From: Tubulanus polymorphus
Lineage: Eukaryota > Animalia > Nemertea
Length of the DNA: 64,000 bases
Direction: 5' to 3'
Assembly (NCBI RefSeq): GCF_964204645.1
Contig: NC_134027.1
Location: 19,306,560 to 19,370,559 of the forward strand
The first letter of the stretch is position 1, and each line of letters begins with the position of its first letter. The notes beneath the pieces are model-generated. The model had not been told where the DNA came from and searched no databases. It saw only the letters and a program-made list of their open reading frames with translations. Both the position numbers and the translations under genes were made by a program. Shown one piece after another: positions 14,403 through 27,609 of this stretch.

Positions 14403-15230
14403 AAGCCGGGTGCACACTAGGCGATTTTTAGTTACCAGTAGAAAGATTTAAATCGTCGGCGATTTTTATGAAAATCGCCTTCCGTCGTCAGCGACCGCAC
14501 ATTAGACGATTTTTATCACCGAATCGCAGGCATCCTCACTTGCCGGAGCTTGATTCCCGTCCACTGGAGCTCACGCTAACACAAACCCTGGCCGCAAACC
14601 CTTATTATCTATAGTATATTACATTGCCCATTTCTTGGCTGGACAGCGTCCACCAGTCTATATTTCAGTCCACCAATCAGATGCGTGGTAACTATATAGA
14701 ACAAACCTGCCGGGAAAAATCAATGCATCTGTTTGGCTAGATATATAGACTGGAGGGCAATAAGTGTTAACCTGTCCGCCCAAGAAATCTTGGGCTTTTT
14801 AACCATTATTATGAAGGGTGCGCGGCCAGGGTTTTTGTTGACGTGAGCCCCGACGAGTGGAAATCTAACCCTGACAATCGAGGATGAATCACAGGTCGTG
14901 AAGTGGTGCCACATGATTACAAAATGGCCGAATTTCATTTTTGGCTCTGGGGGTTCGCCATTTTGTGAATGCACATGATTTCTATCTTGGCGATGATTGG
15001 CTGTTTTCAATTGGATTCGAAGTGATTCGTCGCTAGTAGCCACACACTACGCGATTCGCTGCCGATCCTCGGCGATCTTATAGCCGAATATCTAGCATGC
15101 CAGATACTGAGCGATCTTGTCGCCGGCGACGATTTGTCGGCCGACAATGGTTGCCAGTGACCGCACACTACGCGATTTCTCGGCGATTTTGTCGAAATCG
15201 CCGAGAAATCGCCTAGTGTGCGCCCAGCTT
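14403..15230. mobile_element. ~830-bp non-autonomous TIR element with a nested ~250-bp MITE (14582-14836)
   Basis: aagccgggtgcacactaggcgattt ... aaatcgcctagtgtgcgcccagctt; nested aaaccctggccgc ... gcggccagggttt. Confidence 0.8.
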
Positions 15231-15502
15231 TAAATGAACTCAATCTTAACTGCTAGCTTGCTCGCTCCAGTTATTTCGGCAGCTTCTCAATGTGCCGAAC
15301 TAGAATGAGGACCCTCTGCCACCAGTTATGCGGCATATTGGATGTGGTTTGAATTTAGTCTTCATCTAGATTTCTAGCCCCCCACATTAGAAATTAGGCA
15401 AAAAAATTTATTGCTTGGTCTGTTTATCTTTAGTTTTGACACACTGCTTCTGTTTTAGATCCTGTGAGTTTATATGCTTTGTTACTTGTTTTTCTGGTCA
15501 TT

Positions 15503-15544
15503 CCACCTGATGATGGCTGTTAGTCAACAGCCGAAACGTTGTGG
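15503..15544 (+). ncRNA. minimal type I hammerhead ribozyme, Penelope-like element type
   Basis: ccac-CTGATGA-t-ggctgtt(agtc)aacagcc-GAAA-cgtt-gtgg: stem I, perfect 7-bp stem II, palindromic AACGTT stem III, GUU cleavage triplet, AATAAA downstream. Confidence 0.8.
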
Positions 15545-15897
15545 TTTCATAATAATAAATTTGATCGTATAATTTTAAATTCGAAGTGTGGGATTTCTTC
15601 ATTTATCTACAGTATACACGGATTATAGTGTTTATTCGACAACTATGGAAATAATGGCTCTTGATCAACTTAGATTGATCGTTAGGGTTCATGTATGGTG
15701 AAATTTGTACTTATCTTTAATAGAATTTGAGAAATTATTGGTAGAGTTTTAATTCAATGTCAGATTCTGGGTGTTGTTGTCCGAGAAGAAAGAGAGTCGA
15801 AGAAACGGGTTCACCTCAGATAAAAACGGCACATCCATAGTCGAACGTTGAGTGCTTATTAATTTCACATATTCATTCTCATTGTTTCTTTTTACAG

Positions 15898-15990
15898 AGA
15901 GTTAAAGGAAATTTGGATAATATTTGGACGTGTGATATGGCAAACTGGGAGGAAGCTATTTCTCAGGCGTATGAACTTCTAATGGCTGCT
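15898..15990 (+). CDS. CACNA2D3: alpha2delta exon (0-0) RVKGNLDNIWTCDMANWEEAISQAYELLMAA
   Basis: ttacag / gtatgt; VWA helix AN...A...A.ELL. Confidence 0.9.
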
Positions 15991-16717
15991 GTATGTATTA
16001 TTCATTGAAATGATGATGATCCCTGGTAACCAGCCTCAATCAACAGGCTGATTATTCTGCTGGTACAAACAAATGAAATCTAGATACAACAATGAATATG
16101 TAACTTCATTTTAAATCGGATGTTAAAGGAATGGAGGTTTTACAATTCAATAAAGAAGTTCAACTAAGGCTGCTTTTTATATGAAGAAGTCCAACAAATT
16201 TACTGCCAAGTTAATTTGAAAATTTATGTACCTCTGATTGGGTTAGCTATGCACCTTATCAAAGATGCCCTTTTATCATTGTGTAGCCGTTTCTGATGAT
16301 TATTCTGCTAGGCACAGGATTTGCATTTGATTTTTTAAATTTTTCATGGTCAGTCAGGATGAGCTGGTCTACCTACCTATTCCCCTGTTATAATCATATG
16401 TGATGCTTGTCCATTACGACCAATCAGCGATCTTTGTTCTAAATAGACAAGAAAAACATTGGTTTTCACTCACACATCATGAAAATCATTTATGTAAAAA
16501 ATCTTTCGAGTATTTCAAGCCAAATTATTTGCATCAAATCAAAAATACATAAAAAATTAAATGAAATATGAGAAACTGTCACGAGACAAATTAAGAATAA
16601 GAATTCTGATGAGTATGAATTTGAAAATGATAGCAGTGATTAACTGGATTAAACAAAAAGTCATCCAGCGTCTTGGGTAGACATTGTTGAGGGAGCTTAT
16701 AGTGTTCAAAGGGTAAA

Positions 16718-16934
16718 CACATTTGCTGACGGCTATGAATATATTCGTTCATCCGGTTCTGTCACCAGTGCCACTACGAATATATTTGAAGCTGATTCTT
16801 CCTATTTACAGTGTTTGCACTACAGCACATGGGGTTGTCTCAGTTCCTGATCGGCTGGCAATGTGAACAAACTATGAGTATACTTGTGCGGCAATCAAGG
16901 GTGGCACTATATTATCAAGCCGGCAGCGAACGTG
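16718..16934. mobile_element. decayed piggyBac-like MITE
   Basis: cacatttgctgacgg ... ccggcagcgaacgtg; flanks are degenerate TTAA. Confidence 0.5.
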
Positions 16935-17216
16935 TTACATTCTAACTGTTAAATGATTCTAATTTTGATTCAAATATAATCAAGAGCTGTGGGACCAAAT
17001 CCAGAGTTTGGGTTATTTCTTGGGTTAAGACCAGTTCATTTTCGATGGTTTAACTCGAAGGGTCTTTGGAAGTGGCTTCGTGCCTGAAACTTGCCCACCT
17101 GGCTATTACATTGTACATGTATTATACGTGTATAGGTCACTTGTTTGATGTTAAAAGACAAACATGTTCTTGCACGATGTAAATAGTTATTTTATATTGA
17201 TATGCTTGTGTTTCAG

Positions 17217-17336
17217 AAAGGGAAACCAGACAGTGCCAACTGTAATCAGGCCATTATGATCATTACTGATGGAGCTCCAGACAGTTTCGCTAGTACTTTC
17301 GAAAAATATACGCTGAACAAGCCAGAAAATAAGAAG
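17217..17336 (+). CDS. CACNA2D3: alpha2delta exon (0-0) KGKPDSANCNQAIMIITDGAP...PENKK
   Basis: tttcag acceptor; CNQAIMIITDG; donor is weak (AAG|gtctct) and inferred from alignment. Confidence 0.88.
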
Positions 17337-18810
17337 GTCTCTTCATTTTTTAATACCAGATATTTTTTGAAAAATTTGGATCCAAGACAAATTGATCCCA
17401 ATGAAACTGCATCCAGAGTGAAATTAAACCTATAAATTTGAAACTGCATCCAATGCCAAATAACTGTTAACCTTTGACTTTGGGACTGGATCCACATATA
17501 GGTTAGAAACCAAGGTCGCAAAACAAGTCGAACGCGCAAGCGCGAGATGTTCTATTCACGTAGCAATGTGACTGAGGTTTCTAACTGGCTTAGAACCCGG
17601 TCAATCGGCCAAGACATATATCACACGCTTAAATCATAATTCATCGTACCAGCCTTACCATTGAAATGTATATCTTTATTTCTACCACTAACCTATTAAT
17701 TCCTACTGAAAAATATATCATTGCTCAATGATTTTGCCATGATGATTTATGGTCAAATGATATTGTGATTAAACTTGATTAAATAAATCGCTAATATACT
17801 TATGATTAGGAAATCAAATTTCAATATGACAACAATCAAATGATTATAGCCTTATTACTATATTGAAATGTATATCCCCATTGCATACTTTACTCAGTTT
17901 TTGATAAACTGTTGGCCTTCTGAAAAAATGATCAGGTGATTTAACTTGCTGAAATGAATCCCCGATATATTTATGATTATTGTATAGTTATAGATTAATA
18001 ATCTGACTAAATGATCAAACTTAAATATAGTTATGATAAAATAATCAAATAATCATAATAATCATAGAAATATTAACATCTGATAGAACAAGAATAATCT
18101 AATGTAGTTATAGTTATTCAATGTAGGTATGATTTGGTGATTTAACTTGATTTAATCAATCCCTAATTAATTAGGTGATTAAACTTGATTAAAGTAATCC
18201 ATAATATAGTTGTGAGTAAAAGATGTGAATGTGGTTGATAAATCAATGAGAGTAAGAATGAATATATAATGCATGTTTATTAGAAAAAATATGAAATTAC
18301 ATTTATGTAGCGGATATTACACGCAATGATTAGGTGACTACCCAACCAAAACTATAGCTATATCAATCCTTCATAGCTCAGGTGGTAAAGGCGTAGGTTT
18401 TGATTACGTTTTTAGAAGTCTCGAAACCCACGTGTTCCTATCATTTTCAGAGAAGGGGGTTGGTCACATGACCAATTTCTACATGAAATAGAACCGGGCT
18501 GTTACTACCCGGCAGAGCTCATGGAAGTTTCTACACGAAGTATAAGCTAATATGCCGATCTGATTGGTCGAGGATAATTGACCACGTTCTAAACTCTTAT
18601 TGAACTAACAACTGTGGAACTGAATTCAGAGCCAAATCAAACCCAAAACTTTTGAACTGTGCACCGAGTCAAATCAAAAGTCCATGATCTCATGGACTCA
18701 CCACTGAATCCTGATATAGAAGGACATTTTTCATCCAAACTAGAGAAGATTGAACTTATAGATTTACACTTCTGCTTTACTATAGTGAGAATGTTGTGTG
18801 ATTATTTTAG

Positions 18811-18945
18811 ATCCGTGTGTTTACATATTTGATTGGACGTGAGGTGAATGCTGTTGATATTCGCAATGTAAGATGGATGGCTTGTAAACACAAAGGCTTC
18901 TATACGCATATATCAACACTCGCAGATGTGGAAGAGAATGTTCAG
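18811..18945 (+). CDS. CACNA2D3: alpha2delta exon (0-0) [12 protein letters not shown]...[24 protein letters not shown]
   Basis: ttttag / gtatgt; highly conserved VWA end. Confidence 0.96.
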
Positions 18946-19005
18946 GTATGTACTTAATAATTTCATAGACTGAATAAGAAATACACCAGTCAATTTCATA
19001 AACTG

Positions 19006-19112
19006 GATCCAGTTCCACAGTTCTGAGTTAAGATTTGACTCAGAGTAAACTCATTGAAAATGAACTGATTTTAACTCAGAATTAACTCTTAACTCACAAC
19101 TGTAGAACCGGC
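19006..19112. mobile_element. Harbinger-type palindromic MITE
   Basis: gatccagttccacagttctgagttaaga ... tcttaactcacaactgtagaaccggcc, CTG on both flanks. Confidence 0.65.
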
Positions 19113-21361
19113 CCTGGTGTTACTTAATCCCTGATATTTAATCAATTTAATTTCATTTAACCTAATCACTGGATTTAAGTTATTACGAGTCTATAAAACT
19201 GGTCTTATATGTAAAACAATGAACTCTTGAGTCCGTCTGTTTACACAGGCCCTTAGCCAGCCATTTCTTTGGATTTTCACTGAAGTGGACTAAGGTGCGC
19301 ACGCCAAAGGCCCATAGTTTTAGTCGGCGTTCCTGGGTTTGAAATAAGCAAAGAGGAGCAATTTCACAACTTTTGGCATATTGGGATCAAAATAGAACAA
19401 AGTTTTGCCTGTTCCTGCAATTTGGCCTCGAATCAAGTAAGTTTGAAAAAATGCGCATACATGTATTTTGGATTTCATACAAGGACTAATGAAAAAGTGT
19501 CCCCAATAAGTGCATTTTTTGATAGCTATGTTCAACTTTTCTCGCATCAGGGGAAACCTTCCTTGCTGAGCAGGGGTGGGCCTGTAACGAATTTTTGAAC
19601 TGAAAAGATCAACAACAATTCAATTCGTTTATTGAGTAACATGCAACATTTTGGTGTAGTTTGCAATGTCTGACTCTGGTGAAAAACTGAAATTTGGTGT
19701 CTTTCCAGTTTTTCGGTCTTTAGATGTAGTATGTTGATATTTGGACATATCTGCTACCCAAACATAATCCCAATCAGTATTATCCCCTGTGTAATATGGC
19801 TGCCATTAATGGCCAAGAGCTATCTGAGGTAACTAATCATGGGGTTGAATATCCCATATGGGTCATGTAGTGTTTATAACATTCTAAATGGTATAGAATC
19901 ATCAATATATGTATGTATATATTTGTATTTCCCATGTATAGCATTACATACATGTAATGAGTAGGCCCATGGTTATCCACGGTAGCCATGATCAGAAATG
20001 GACCTACGTTTATTTTGACAATGTGGTAAGATTTTCTTGTCAAATGTATCTTGTTGTCTTTCAGCACATTTTGCATAAGCATGATCAAATATCTATATTT
20101 GTCATGTAGTCTGTCTTGTTATTCCTGTGAGGAAGCTAGTCATTGTAATTCACGTACTCATTTATCAAAATCTCTGCTGCAGAAATAAAACCCGTTAAGC
20201 ATTTACAATACTGAAAAATGAACTGGTTTGAATTTGATTTTCAAAAACCAAGAAACTGGATCTAGAATTAGAGTTGAACCCATAGTGTGAAACGAGTCTT
20301 AGTTACATCCTTACATAAAACTCGATCTCGAGTCTTGTTAAACCTAGCATTATGAACAGGTTGACAATGCTGTAAAACTGGATATACAGTAAAATCAATT
20401 TCAATTTATGGTTTTTCTTCCCGTCGCATTATCAAATTGAAGAATTCTAGCCCATTTCATTGATGTTCTCTGATTTATGTGCCTAGCATCCTCATAATCC
20501 TCCTATTTGAATCCTGTTTATTTAACCATTTTCAATCCACATAGCTATTTTATTTACGAATATATTATGAGCACCTCACATTGAAATCTTCTTTGGTCGG
20601 AAAATTTCGTTAGATTTTATAAAAGATTTAGCTGCAGATAAAAAGCTTTCCTAGTTAGATATAGTATTTTTGTGGCTTCGTTATGACGTCTACTAAAGCC
20701 TGCAATTTCCCACAGCTGAGTGTGGGGATGGGTTTCGTATTAAATGCTGTCAACATGACACAAAAATCCTTGACAATATATCAAGTCAAAAGATGTGGCA
20801 AAGCTGTTCAAGGTTCTAAAGCCGTGATTGGACTGACCTTTACCAGATTTTAGTTAGATTTTGTCAGAGAGGACGTAGTTCACTTCAAGAAGAGTTACTT
20901 CAAGAACCAGTTAACATTCACTTGGAATGGTTAGACCCGCGCTATAATTTGGCACGAGTTAGGTGTGATGTTTTTGGTCGAGCCAAGCCTGGCCTGTGTC
21001 AGACAGGGACGTACCCGCTTGGCAGCCATGTGATCATTGGCATGGGTCAAACTCATGTGATCGTGGCTTATAACTGATCTGTTTACGAGATCCATCTTGT
21101 TCATTTGGTTTACATCGAGCTAAGCCTGGTCATGTCTCTTGCATCTTGCAATCTGCATGATAGGGCTACTATACAAGTAATATTCACTCTGTTTTAGATA
21201 TGATGGATTTGCGGTCAATGAAGATTTCAATAAATTTGCACCCAGCTCCACAGAATGTATTCGTGGAACTTGGTGTTTGTCTGACACTTTGCGTGTCTAC
21301 TTGCTCTCTGTTTCGTCACTGTCCGTCTGTATTTGTCACATTGTTGTGATAATAATTTCAG

Positions 21362-21460
21362 TATTACTTTCAACGATTAGCCATTCCATTTGCACGACAA
21401 GTCGCCAAAGATAAAAGTGTTAAATATCATAAATGGACTGACCTGCCATTTTTCAGACAG
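21362..21460 (+). CDS. CACNA2D3: alpha2delta exon (0-0) YYFQRLAIPFARQVAKDKSVKYHKWTDLPFFRQ
   Basis: tttcag / gtaaga; Y...L..P...WT pattern. Confidence 0.88.
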
Positions 21461-22519
21461 GTAAGATGGATTAGTGGATCAATGGTGGCAGGGCTAATGG
21501 TAATAGTTTTTTGTTCTATTTTCTTATTGGTAATTTTGTTCGCTTTGAAATTTCAGGTGCAGGGCCAGTTTTACTACATAGCCCAAAGCATAACCCAAAT
21601 TTTTTGGTAAAGTTGCTCAACAAATCCTCCAGAATATTTATCAGTGAGATTAACACTGAAAACTTGTTTCCCACATACTAGCAACAACTACTTGGCTTAG
21701 CATACTGCACCTGCAACTATTATAGGGCATTGTGATCAATCAATCAACGAATATGTCATGTGCGTTGAAACTAAATCCGGTATCCAGTTCACTGATATTA
21801 CTGCACAGTTACTGTACTTGTTGTTTTTGTGAAAAAAATATCTAGCATGTTGGATATCGGCATCATTGATGACAAATACACTTGAAATTTTTACCTGCAC
21901 ATCTGGGCTGGGTTCATAGCAGCGTAGTGGAAGCAAAATAATACCTGGGAGCATTTTGAAATTTGTCAGTTATAACCATGGTTTCTCATCCTTTCTATGG
22001 TGGTTGTCAGCCAATTCAGGTTTACCCCTTGGGGAAACTTCGATACTCAGTCCATGAAACCTAGCCCAGGTGAATTTTATTTGTTGCTAGTATGTGGCAG
22101 GCTCAAGAAAACATGAAGTAACTTGTAGCATCTAAACCAATATGAATTTGGAATGCTTTTTGTCTCAAAATAATGAGTTGTCTATCCATGGCTATGTTTC
22201 TGGAGAAACTTCAATCTCTCCGTCAATGCTGAAACTGTCATCACAAATTTCAACCAACTACATTGGCAAACTAAAATAGCAAAATTTAGGTTCAATTTGA
22301 GATATCGTTACAGCAGAATTGTTTAGTTTTTCATTATGTCGATCAGTGCGTGTATAAGTATTATTATTTCATGGCAGATAAAGTCGGCCTGCCGAGGGTC
22401 CAAAAATCGAAGTTGAACTCAACAATGTGTTATTAGACACCACAGAGTTTTGAGAGCATTAATGTATGATGTAGTCAGCATATACATCCTGATCACAGGA
22501 TGCAGTGTAATGGACAGCA

Positions 22520-23053
22520 TTTGTTGTATCTCCCAGGTGGGGAGACATCTTATTTTGACCGTTTGACCGTTTGAGACCTTGTTACCATGATAAAGCCTGC
22601 AATTCTTGATCGATATCCCTAAAAGTTATTGTGCGGAGTGGGGCCGGTGAGATGTCCACCAACATTGAAAATCTAGGTTATTGGCCCCTGACCATCTAAT
22701 ATGGCCACAAGGAGGGCCATCTTGAATTTCTTGTTAGCACGATACAGTCTGTAATTCTTTATAAATTAAGTGTGAGGTTTTTGGTAGGTGAGATGTTCAC
22801 CACCATTAAAAATGGAGGTTATTGGCCATCTTATTTGAATTTCTTATTCTTGTCTTATGGTTGTAATCGCGAGTGAAACTTGGTATATGGGTGTACTGAT
22901 GCTGAACTCGAACCGACAATTCTTAGTTTATGTACAATAAATCAAGCTCGGCCATTTCTGTGAAGTATACAATGTGTCACCTGTCTTCAATGTCTTGCTC
23001 CATTACTATCTGCTTTCCCCTGGAAGACATTTGGCATTGCCACATTCTAATTC
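22520..23053 (+). mobile_element. HINE/DINE-1-like element
   Basis: subterminal atctcccagg / cctggaagac, short gaccgttt repeat near the 5' end. Confidence 0.45.
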
Positions 23054-25411
23054 AGGCATGTATCTAGAAGCACTTAAGCATTTCACAGCTTATGGAAATT
23101 TTTAGGCAATGATGTAATCATTTGACCATTATTGAAAATATCATATTTGTCAGTTTGATTATTGTCCTCAAATGAATTTTTGGTGTCCTGTTTGGACTTC
23201 ACACATCTTAAAGGAGTCACTTCAGAAGCAGCACATCACAGCAATTTTGTATCTGAAGACAGGATATTTCATTTCCGGCTAACCTTATCTTTTTGAGAAA
23301 TGTGAGAGTTCTTATCTTTAACCCCCTTTATTACATCCCTGCTAATGTGATGTTTTAAGTTTATCATGATATTCTGAAATTTGTGTTTCTATACTGCACA
23401 GAAATTATCTTTCAACTCATATGTTTGGTATGGAAAATTTTTTTTCTGTTCATGACCTGTAATGACTGCATGAAGCATTAATATGTACATTTCTAGTATA
23501 TCTCAAATACTAAACTCAAAGCAAGCAAATTTAATTTTTTGAGTCAAACCTCCAGAAGCCAGCTCATCATGTTTAACATTAGAAATATAATTCAAATTGC
23601 AAGTCGATTTACTTAGCATCAAATACATATCCTATGAATAGGGTCAAGTTCCACAATTATGCTACCCCGAATTCTGAAAAAATCAGGGTAACAACTTTTT
23701 CGAGAAATACATGAAAACTCAATTTTTTATTTCATGACTAGCAAAAGGTGGTTTCCCATCATTCAAATCAATTTTTGCTTTTTCATCCATGATTTCTAAG
23801 GAAGTGCAAATTTTTTTAGACAGCTCTTTATAAAACTTCTTAACAAATAAATTAATCGGGTCATTTATTCCTTGGACGCCGTTCATGGTAGAAACATACC
23901 TGCCACATCAGAATATGAAATCAATAAACTAAAACTGGCAAAGGCTGGAACTTAATACGTATTAATATGATTAGCGATTAGAAATGATACTGTTATTCAA
24001 AGCCCAGCCTGCGCTGTGGTACTCAAGATTACTCAATTGAATTAATCTAAATTACCTGCATCGGATTGTTACTTATGCAGCCTCTTATTTTTTCATGTGT
24101 CTTAGTGGAAGGAAATTCAATTTCAATTGTGATTTGTACCTAATATAACGACCGGAATTTATAATTGTGCGCTCAATAAATTTGTATTGATTTGACTCCA
24201 AGTGAATTTACTCTAGTCATACCTACCTGGTATCATTAGGCCTTTGAACTGTCACAATGTAATGTAAATTTATCAAATCTATATGCGCTGAAATTCCAAT
24301 TCAATGCAATTTTTTAAAGCGAAAAATAAAGATTTTCAATTCCATACTAATCGATTTTATTCAGAAATCTTGTTTATTATTGCCAGGCTGAAGGAAAAAC
24401 TGAAGTTTTGGTTCCTGTGTTAAAAACATCATATTGCAATATGTTCCTATCACAATTGAAACCTCTCGAAGTAACAGATAAAAGTTTTATTTTTCAAATT
24501 TGACAACTTTTAAAATCTCGGGGTATAGCTGTGAATTCTGAATAATCATTTATCATAAATGTGGATGTAACATGTATATTTGTCATATTTAGAGTTCATG
24601 AAAAAGCAAGACAAATATAATTGACGTTAGCTATATTTTCCATGGATGTCCATGGGTGTCTTGTTATATATTGCAGCTGGCGTCAGAGAATTGTTTTACT
24701 CTTTGAATAAACTACTCCACTGTGCCAAATGTCTAAAAGTGCCGTGTTGAATTATAAGAAATTGAGAAAGGCGAAATAGAAACCGTTTTTGGCTATCAGT
24801 ATTAAATGCCCGCTATTGGTTGAGGTCATTAACTTTAAACAATTTTCATGCGGAACAATACCCACTAAGTCATATAGGTGGTCAAGACGACTGAAACTCT
24901 ATGGAAATGTTTTATCTATTATCACTAAGGCTGTAAGAAGTATAGATCACATTGCCAAAGTCGCAAAAACGTAATAATAATTATCAATAGAATGGCAATA
25001 GACTTTTCTGTGAATGTAGCAGAAAACACTGATCGCAGCCTTAGCTTCCATCTACTCAAAAACGCTCCATCTTAAATACATCAAAAATTTCTTCATAGTG
25101 CTTCCAAGATCATATCGATATGTGGAAAATGCTTAAGATAGAAAACTGCTTTCTTTTTTTTCTGTTCCCTTCCATAATTGTGTGTGACCAAATCTTTTTT
25201 CTTTTTTTACAATTTTTCCTTTTACCTGAAAAATCCTTATTCCTGGTAATTAAAAAAAAGCATTACCGAGGAATTAAGGAATCATGCCTCATATCTCAAC
25301 CAGATCTTTAATAGTTGCAGTTTTTCAGTTTTTATTTTGACAATTATGTCACGTGCAAGTTTCGCTATTGGGATTATCGTGAATAATAACGTTGTATCTT
25401 TATTTTAACAG

Positions 25412-25444
25412 GGATTCACTGCAAGATCAATAAACTCACAGAAA
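25412..25444 (+). CDS. CACNA2D3: candidate 33-nt microexon (0-0) GFTARSINSQK
   Basis: tctttattttaacag acceptor, gttagt donor, frame-preserving; no homology support. Confidence 0.5.
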
Positions 25445-26900
25445 GTTAGTTTTCAATGATTCTCTGTGGTATAAATCTAAAGCTATCATCTAGCTGGTGT
25501 TATTTTATTTTATAACTATGAGACAAAATTCAGTGTTTCTCCTAGCATTTATATATTGTTGAGTCTTGTAAATGTTGATCTAAATCAAAGTTCTTTTGAA
25601 AAGCTCGTTGAGATGCTGACTACACAAAGAAAGTGTTGATTCTATGGTCCATAAACTCATTGTATTCTGTTAACAAATCAAATCAACTTCTTGAATAGAG
25701 GTTTTTAATTTTGTTAAAAGTAATTTTTCAAAATCTTCCTCTTTACTCATAATTTTTATCTCTGTGTGCTATAAATCTTTCATTTGTCATGTTTTTGCTC
25801 TTTTTTGAAGTCATAAATGTTTCGAAATAGGTTGTCTCTCTAAATTTAGGTAAGGATCGATTTCAGGTGAAAATATTATGGCTTGCATTGAACATTGAGA
25901 TTGGTTTACAATGAATACCTGTTGAAAAGCTAAGGTTTAAAATTCTTCAATGTCTGGCTATTTTTGACTCTGCCATCAAAATAAATCAGTCAAAAAATGA
26001 ATGAGATTGGATATGGATGTTGAACCGGCTGCTTAGTCAAAGTTTGAACGTAATGGCTTCTACGAAGTGATTGTTATCAGTTGTTTCTGCGACATGAACC
26101 TATTCCCCTACGAATGTACCTGAATTGGGTGAGCTTCAGATATAAGCAGGTGTTCAAGTAGTGTACCCACAACTTTGTCTGCTGTTTTAATTCTGAGTTT
26201 GTCTTACTGCCCCGCATACAAGCCGAATAATGCTGATTGGATGCAAACTATGCAGCGCAGTTTTCATTCGGGTGATTTTTCCAGCGCATTTTGCTGTTCG
26301 CCAAATATCTAACATGGCATTACGTTCTAAAATTGGTGATTCATAACATGACTATCACTTACTGTATGTATATGGGGTTACTTGAATTGATTAAATCATA
26401 GTTTTCCGCTTGCAAGATCCTCAATCTTGATGTAGATGTGATAGAACAGAAAAACTCCTTTAGTTTTTTCCAGATAGATTTTGACAAGAACGATGAAAAG
26501 TAGCTTTTAAATGGTGCTGATATGTAGTAAATATGGTTGTTATGGTGCATGCTCACTTACCGCAGCACCATTTGCTGAGCGCATTTTTAGGTCATGTGTG
26601 GGGCCTATAATCAGAGCTAAATGTGTATGAACCTAGAACTGCAGAAAATGCGTGTGCAAAATGCACTGGTGTGCTGGTGCCTTTACAATTGAAAATTGTA
26701 TTTCAAGTTCGATTACTGTCAAAATCCTCTGTTGATTTAGTTTTTGGGAGGATTTTTTAACTAGCATCACAGAAAATCTATCTTCAAAAATTGTTCAAGG
26801 GTTTGGTGAATCAACTTTTCTCATGTCAGTGCCTTAGGCGTGGATGACTGATATGCTACGTAAATGCCCTTGGATTGCAAATTCAATTTTATTCTATGCA

Positions 26901-27092
26901 GAAAAAAATGTAAAATCCAATTCACTTCAATTATATTCAACATAAAACATCAAATCCAACTTTAATTTTATCTGCCATTTATCACACAAATCATTGAAAA
27001 AAATTTAAAATCCAATTCACTTCAATTATATTCAACATAAAACATCAAATCCAACTTTAATTCTATCTACCATTTATCACACAAATCATTGA
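26901..27092. repeat. ~96-bp tandem duplication, 2 near-identical copies
   Basis: taaaatccaattcacttcaattatattcaacataaaacatc... occurs twice. Confidence 0.9.
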
Positions 27093-27469
27093 GACTAAGG
27101 AAAAAAACCAAATTGATTTGAAATATCTATTCCTGTCAACGGTATTACTTGAAAAAATATGATTGGATTCTGTAAATTAAATTGAAGAAGATAGTGTATT
27201 TCATCAACTATATCCCACAAATTTAATCATTTCATTCAAAGCGATAGATACAGGCTGGCCATGGTAGTGTCCCTTGAAGCTCTTGTTACAATAGACTTAC
27301 GTGTCAAATCGGACCTTAAAACAGCCAGTACAAATATTTGCGTTTGATACAACAATTCAATTGTATATAAGTTTCAATTAGAAGAACTGAGTAAGAAATA
27401 TGGAAAGTTGAAATAGGTTTCTAATGATATAGGTTTTTAATGAATTTTTTATACTTTCTTTTTCTATAG

Positions 27470-27559
27470 ATAATGGATAAACCGGATGGGGTAAGTGCTG
27501 AAGAGGAAGTAACTCCTCCAGAATATGCTGAATCCTACCATAGTCCAATATTGGTGGAG
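27470..27559 (+). CDS. CACNA2D3: candidate alternative exon (0-0) IMDKPDG[VSAEEEVTPPEYAESYHSPILVE], 21- or 90-nt form
   Basis: strong acceptor ctttctttttctatag; in-frame donors gtaagt at 27491 and gtaatt at 27560. Confidence 0.65.
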
Positions 27560-27609
27560 GTAATTTCTATGTGTTAGTAGTTGGCAAATTCATTAATTAC
27601 TTACTTTAA

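Noticed and set aside
18370-18435. tRNA gene (A-box TAGCTCAGGTGGTAAAG); similarly the B-box GGTTCGAATCCC near 31980
   Set aside because: No cloverleaf; at most decayed tRNA-derived SINE heads.
21557-21606. Extra exon after tttcag with a gtaaag donor
   Set aside because: 50 nt, frameshifting, no homology.
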